NCBI RefSeq assembly: GCF_009914755.1
Contig: NC_060933.1
DNA from: the human T2T-CHM13v2.0 reference genome, Homo sapiens
Strand: one strand, 5' to 3'
DNA length: 64,000 nt
Shown: positions 58,626 through 64,000 of the stretch, piece after piece
Numbering within the stretch: position 1 is the first letter of the stretch
Layout: each line of letters begins with the position of its first letter
The notes under the pieces: model-generated
The model's database searches: none
What the model saw: the letters and a program-made list of their open reading frames with translations, nothing else
What the model was told of the DNA's origin: nothing
Position numbers and translations under genes: made by a program

Positions 58626-60584
58626 TTAAATTGCAACCTCATTTTCACATAGAAGGTCTAAATAGTCCCTGAGCTTTCAGAGTTATGATAGCTCAATTGT
58701 TGCCTTCCTCCCTTCTAAGCGGACCTGTGTACTTGCATTGTGTGAAAAAGAGGAACCTTTGCTGGGCTGCAGTGGCTGCCACAGGAGTGCTGGGGCCCAC
58801 AGGTACTCTGACTGAAGGCCCATGGCCCAGCATCGCTCTATTCATACCTCATCAAAAGCATGAACTCATATCTGGATGCAGCACCTGGGGAGGAGCATCG
58901 ACAAAGAGGCCCATGTTCAGAAACATTTCCCTATCTGTATCATGAAGGTGACAATCCCTATGTTATATAGTTTCTGGAAAGAACACATGATATAAAGTAT
59001 GTTAAGTTGCCTCATAAATAAAAAAGAGAGCTGGCTATATCTTTGTTATTTAATAATAACAACCTATGGCTGAATTTAGTCCCATGGACAACAATATCAA
59101 AACAGTCAAGTGTACTTGAATGGCTATCCACATTATACTAGTAATAGCCATCAAGCCCATGTGTGGGGTATAGTCCCAGGCACGGAAGAATTGTGAGAGA
59201 AGATAGATTTCAAGGGTGTCTTTCAGCACTTTGTGCTAGGTGTGAAGTTTATCCAAACAAAAAGAGGGGAGAAATTCTTCTAGGCTACAAATGAAACTTG
59301 GAGTAATCTCTCCCCATTGACAGGGAACCACTATAACCTCTGCTGACCTAAGAGAGCTGCTCCTTGCATTATGTAAGGTTGTCACAGAAATATTGCATTC
59401 ACTTAGCCAAGGGAGCTGCATCAGCATTTTAGAAGATTGCTGAACTCAACTATTTACAGAGCCCTATGTCTTCTCCCAGACAGGGTACCACAGCAGTGGT
59501 GAGGATGAGAGGGAACAAGACTGTTGGAGCAGAGGCTTGGTGATTTAAACTCAGCCCCTGCTCACTTTGATAATGGGCATCAAAGCAGGAAGGATCTTGT
59601 CCTAATTTTGAGTGTTCTTCATTTGGGAAATAGCTATATTCATGAAGATTCGTGTGCAAGGAAGATTTTTAGAATCAGATGATTTAAAAGCTGTTTGAGA
59701 AGACCAGTATTTGAAGAAATTCATTGAGGACTCTGGAAATCTTTTTGTGATGCCAGTTTTAGATGCTTTGTACATTTGAAGTTTTGTAAGTTGGATTGTT
59801 TTTGAATGGTGGGCAATACTAACAAAAATGTGCTTGTTTTAAGCTTTACTACATATCTTGTAAATATTTGCTTGCTCGTATTACCTTTCCTTTGTGTAGA
59901 ACTTTGTCAAGTATTGCAAAGTTCTCAATTTCATTGAAAATTAATTCAATTAAAGTAGCATGGATAGTTTGCTTTGCTTCAAGCGCTGTGTAAATCCAAT
60001 TTTTTGGCATCTTACAAAGCAAAGGGGTTGGAAATTGATGTATATTTCACATATCTACAATATCCATGTCTCTCAAGTATTCCTTTGAAGTGTGGAGATA
60101 GCTGTTAAATATTCACAAAATGTTTCTATAAGATAGCTAAAGAATATGAAGTGTTTATTTAACATTACTTAATTTAATATGTTGGGAAATGAGTTTGCCT
60201 ATAAGCTTTGCCTTGTGCCTCCATAAATGGAGCATCTATACTCTACCTGTTATTGTTCTGGATATTTCTATATTCCTTGTCTTATTTATTTATCTATCTA
60301 TCACAACAGATATTATTTAATGTGCATTACAGATAAGGATCTGAGGCTCAGAAAATTTAAATAAATTGCTTGATGCCAGCAGTACAGTAATTTGCAGATC
60401 TAGGACTTAAAAGTGATTCTTTTAAGATTTATGTTTTTTTAATATAGTCATATAAACAGTGAGCAAAATTAACTAATGGTTTGAATCAAGAATGAAGGAT
60501 ATGGGAGTAGAAGGAAGAATTTTAAATTAGTGGCTGAAGATATAGTTGGCAAAGAATGGAAAAGCTTCTTACTATGGCTATCAT

Positions 60585-60800
60585 AACCATATGGCTACCA
60601 TTTATCAAGTGCTTACCGTGAGCCAGGCATTGTGCTAAGTGTTTCTCATTATGACTCACAAAATTCCCAGGAAGTACTCCCTTATTATCCAATTGCACAG
60701 ATGAAGAAATTGAGGAACTGAGATTTAAATGAACTTGCCTCAGGTCATACAAATTAATAAGCAGGGGCATTTGGACTCAGACCTATTTCTATCTCCCTCT
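60585..60800 (-). mobile_element. MIR fragment
   Basis: ATTTATCAAGTGCTTACCGTGAGCCAGGCATTGTGCTAAG...ACAGATGAAGAAATTGAGG. Confidence 0.75.
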
Positions 60801-61320
60801 AAATTCATTCTCTGTCTGTAATACTCTGCGCTCACCATCCAGACTCTTGAAATGTAAAGGCTTTTGCCTGTTAATAACAAATTTAGGCCCCAGTCTTAGG
60901 GTTGTCCATAATATATAACATCACAAAACCATACAACAATGTACTTTGAAGCCTAACAACCAACATTTTCTTAACAGAACAAAAAAATCTTCTTTGTTGC
61001 TATTAAGGCAGTAAAAATATAGAAATTATCTTCCCTAAGATGTTGCAGAGGCTTAAAATATGGCAAGATAGCTTTTTAAGAATATATTTTTGTAAAAATT
61101 ATAAGAACACAGTTAAAGTAGTCAAGGAATTTTACATAACTTACAATAGAAAACAGCCATCTCCAGCCTCCCATGCCCTTTCTGTTCCTACCCATTTCTA
61201 CTTCCCAGAAGCAGCCACTTACATTTATGTTTGCCTCCATGTTTTAAATATAATGTATATACTGTTATTTCTTTTTTAAAGGTATTGTATTACTTTATTA
61301 GGGCTGTCATAACCAAGTAC

Positions 61321-63046
61321 TATCACGGGATCCTTGGGGTATTGCTTCACCAGCTGGACACGTCTGTGGCCAGTGGCACCTTTTGCCTGAGTATTGCTCG
61401 TGCCCACCAGGCTCATTTTGCCCACTCAGCCCAGCAAACTGTGCTTGGCTCATGCTGCCAGCCTGGATCCCACACCTGCCAAGGTTGAGCCAGGTGTGGA
61501 GTGGCAAGGAGTGTGTGGTGGAGCAATCATGGGGTCCAGCCACTGCACTCAGCCAGGCATGCTGGCTGCTGTGGTGGGGTGGGCAGCTCCAGACACCAGC
61601 ACAGGTGCCGGCTTCATGCGAGGCTGCGGCTGGACCAGATGTACTGCCCATGGCTTCTGTTGTGGGCACCCGTACCTGGACGAGGAGAGCACGGTGGTGC
61701 CCAGAAGCTTGGACATGCCAGGAACCACAGATCCCCCAAAGAGGGTGTGATAGACCTGGCTTGGGGAGCCCCTAGGTCTGGGCTCTCAAAGGGCCACAGC
61801 TCTTCTCTCCTTCTTGTCACCCACAACTTGATGAGTGGGGTGGGTGGGTGTGTTTCAGCCTCATTTGTGATACAGCTGTTTTTCTCAGTCCCAAGTTCTT
61901 GTTCTGCATCCAGGAAGAATGAGGTACATGGACAACTGGAAGGTGAGCAAGTTGAAAGGAGTTTCATTGAGTGACAGAATGTTTTCAGGAGACCTGAAGT
62001 GGGGTAGCTCCTTTCCACAGGCAGGTCATCCTGTCAAGTCTGCAGCTCTCAGTGGAGAGGAGACCCAGAGTGGGTAGCTCCTATTTGTAGGCAGGTCATT
62101 CCATCATCTCTACAGCTCTCAGTACAGAGGAGACCCAGAGTGGGTAGCTCCTAACCACAGGCAGGTTGTTCCAATATCTCTACAGCCCTCAGCGGAGAAG
62201 AGACCTAGAATGGGTAGCTCCTATTCGCAGGCAGGTTATCCCAATGTCTCTACAGCCCTCAGTGGAGAGGAGACCCAGAGTGGATAGCTCCTATCTGCAG
62301 GCAGGTTGTCTGGTGGTTGGCCTGAGTCTGGTTGAATCCACAGTTTTTATGGGCTTCAGAGGGGAGGAAGTTGCCTGGTGATTTGTCCATGGGTGGGCCC
62401 AGAAAAAGCACTGTAAGTTCTCATTCCAGTCTGCAGAACTGGCAGCCTGGCCCCAAGGCTTCAGGCTATCCCTGGCTTGAAAGTGGGGCTTCACCAGGGA
62501 CCCATCCCCTTCCACCCAGGAGCCTGTCTGCCCCCTGCCACCAGTTATATGTCATCCATGGTGCCCAGGCTGTTCATGATGAGGGGGCAGCTGCAGGTCT
62601 GCACCAAACCCCCCTCAGCTTCCCCTCGGCCTTTCTCCCATGCTCGTTGGTGCCCAAAGCTTGGAGGGGGCTGAGGTGGCAGGGGGTTGGTGTATCAGCA
62701 CCACCCTAAGTGCGTTCATACCAGGCTGGGTCATGACAGCACCCAGGCTCGGCCACAGCTTTGCTCCGAAATTGGAGCAGGGAGAGCCCATACGGTGGGA
62801 GCAGGCACTTCTGAGCCTGTGGGGGCAAGAGGGCTTCCCAGGCCCCCAAGAATGTAGGGATGCTTGGGTCTGCAGCAGCAGCCAGGTGGCTGCTGCTGTG
62901 CCTGGGAGGGTGGGGCTCCAGCCCCTCCGTCTCAGAAAGGGGTGGGGCTCCCACCTGCTCTGCGGAGCATGCAGCCTTGACTGCACCTCCCCCACTGCAG
63001 CCGGTGTTACGCAGCAGCCGCTCCAGATGGGCCACTGCTGCCATCA
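61321..63046 (-). mobile_element. MER52A-like ERV1 solo LTR (~1.7 kb)
   Basis: Termini TATCACGGGATCCTTGGGG ... GCTGCTGCCATCA, GC-rich body, 4-bp TSD GTAC (ERV1-type). Confidence 0.85.
61988..62308. repeat. ~61-bp tandem repeat (about 5 copies) inside the MER52A-like LTR
   Basis: Unit approximately GGAGACCCAGAGTGGGTAGCTCCT...GCAGGT..TCC...TCTCTACAGC.CTCAG.GGAGA. Confidence 0.9.
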
Positions 63047-63415
63047 GTACCACAAACTGGGTGGCTTAAACAACAGAAGTTCATTGTCTTACGGTCTGGA
63101 GGCTAGAAGTCCCAAATCGCTTGTCAGCAGAGTGGGTTTCCTCCAGGGCTGTGAAGAAGAGTGTTCCATGCCTGTTCCCTAGCTTCCGGTGGTTTGCTGG
63201 CAGTCTTTGGTGTTCCTTAGTTTGTGTATGCATTAACCCAATTACTGCCTTCATCTTCACGTGGCTTTCTGTCTGTCTTCTTCATGTGGTCTTCTCTCTG
63301 TGCATGTCTATCTCTGTGCCCAAATTCCCCTTCTTATAAGGACACCAGTCATATCAAATTAGAGCCCAACCTAATGACCTCCTTTTTACTTGATTACCTC
63401 TGTAAATATCCTATT

Positions 63416-63713
63416 ATTATTATTTTTTATTTGAGGCAGAGTATTGCTCTTGTTGCCCAGGCTGAAGTATAGTGGCGCAGTCTTGGCTCACTGCAAACTC
63501 TGCCTCCTGGGCTCAAGCGATTCCCCTCCTTAGCCTTCCTAGTAGCTGGGACTACAGGCACCTGCCACCATGCCTGACTAATTTTTTATTTTTAGTAGAG
63601 ACAAGGTTTCACCATGTTGGCCAGGGTGGTCTCAAACTCCTGACCTCAGGTGATCCACCTGCCTCCACCTCCCAGAGTGTTGGGATTATAGGCGTGAGCC
63701 CCCACACCTGGCC
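63416..63713 (-). mobile_element. AluS
   Basis: Dimeric Alu on the minus strand with TSD AAATATCCTATT (63404-63415, 63714-63725). Confidence 0.92.
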
Positions 63714-64000
63714 AAATATCCTATTTTTAATTAAGGTCACATTCTGAGGTACTGGGTATTAGGACTCTAATATATATTTTTCTGGGGACACAATTCAACC
63801 ATACAGGTTATCATCCATTGTATTTTTACCATAAAATATGAGGATTTAGTTCTTATACTTCTTACATCTTCCTTCCATTCACTTTCACTTTTCCCACCTT
63901 CTGAGAATAATTTTTTTGTTATGACAAGATTCAGTGTTTACCTTATTATGACTGTACAAATATTATTTACATCTGAGTCATGTCATCAGTTTGATTAAAT

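Larger units (their letters stand above)
61286..63805 (-). mobile_element. MLT1B/C-like MaLR LTR interrupted by MER52A and an Alu
   Basis: TGTATTAC...AACCAAGTAC|CACAAACTGGGTGGCTTAAACAACAGAA...ACACAATTCAACCATACA is continuous once the inserts are removed; it sits in L1M-like sequence. Confidence 0.85.

Noticed and set aside
61988-62308. Regularly spaced repeats resembling a CRISPR array
   Set aside because: Whole units are repeated with no unique spacers, there are no cas genes, and the context is a primate LTR.
61307-63182. Cluster of 100-180-aa overlapping ORFs
   Set aside because: All lie inside the GC-rich MER52A-like LTR, where stop codons are rare by composition.

Overview
Primate genomic DNA, very probably human because it contains a human-specific AluYa5. 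It is AT-rich, CpG-depleted and dominated by interspersed repeats. I see no cellular protein-coding gene, RNA gene or CRISPR array: every ORF with recognisable homology is a decayed L1 or ERV-L fragment. Main elements are a near full-length L1PB (6190-12130, minus) carrying an AluY, an AluYa5, a nested L1MC/MST/Alu stack, a MER11A solo LTR, a twin-primed L1PA and a MER52A-in-MLT1 nest. The most unusual locus is 41-48 kb. An ancient ERV-L gag-pro-pol is interrupted by an MLT2A2 solo LTR and a gag-deleted HERV-L (MLT2A1) provirus lying tail-to-tail 14 bp apart. The 14-bp spacer is inverted, so the two target-site duplications (TSDs) are swapped. At least three short locally templated duplications or inversions are also visible (11.75-12.45 kb, 20.1/21.4 kb, 31.95/32.5 kb). 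I found no convincing novel protein-based system. Subfamily names come from my recollection of consensus sequences and need RepeatMasker/Dfam confirmation.
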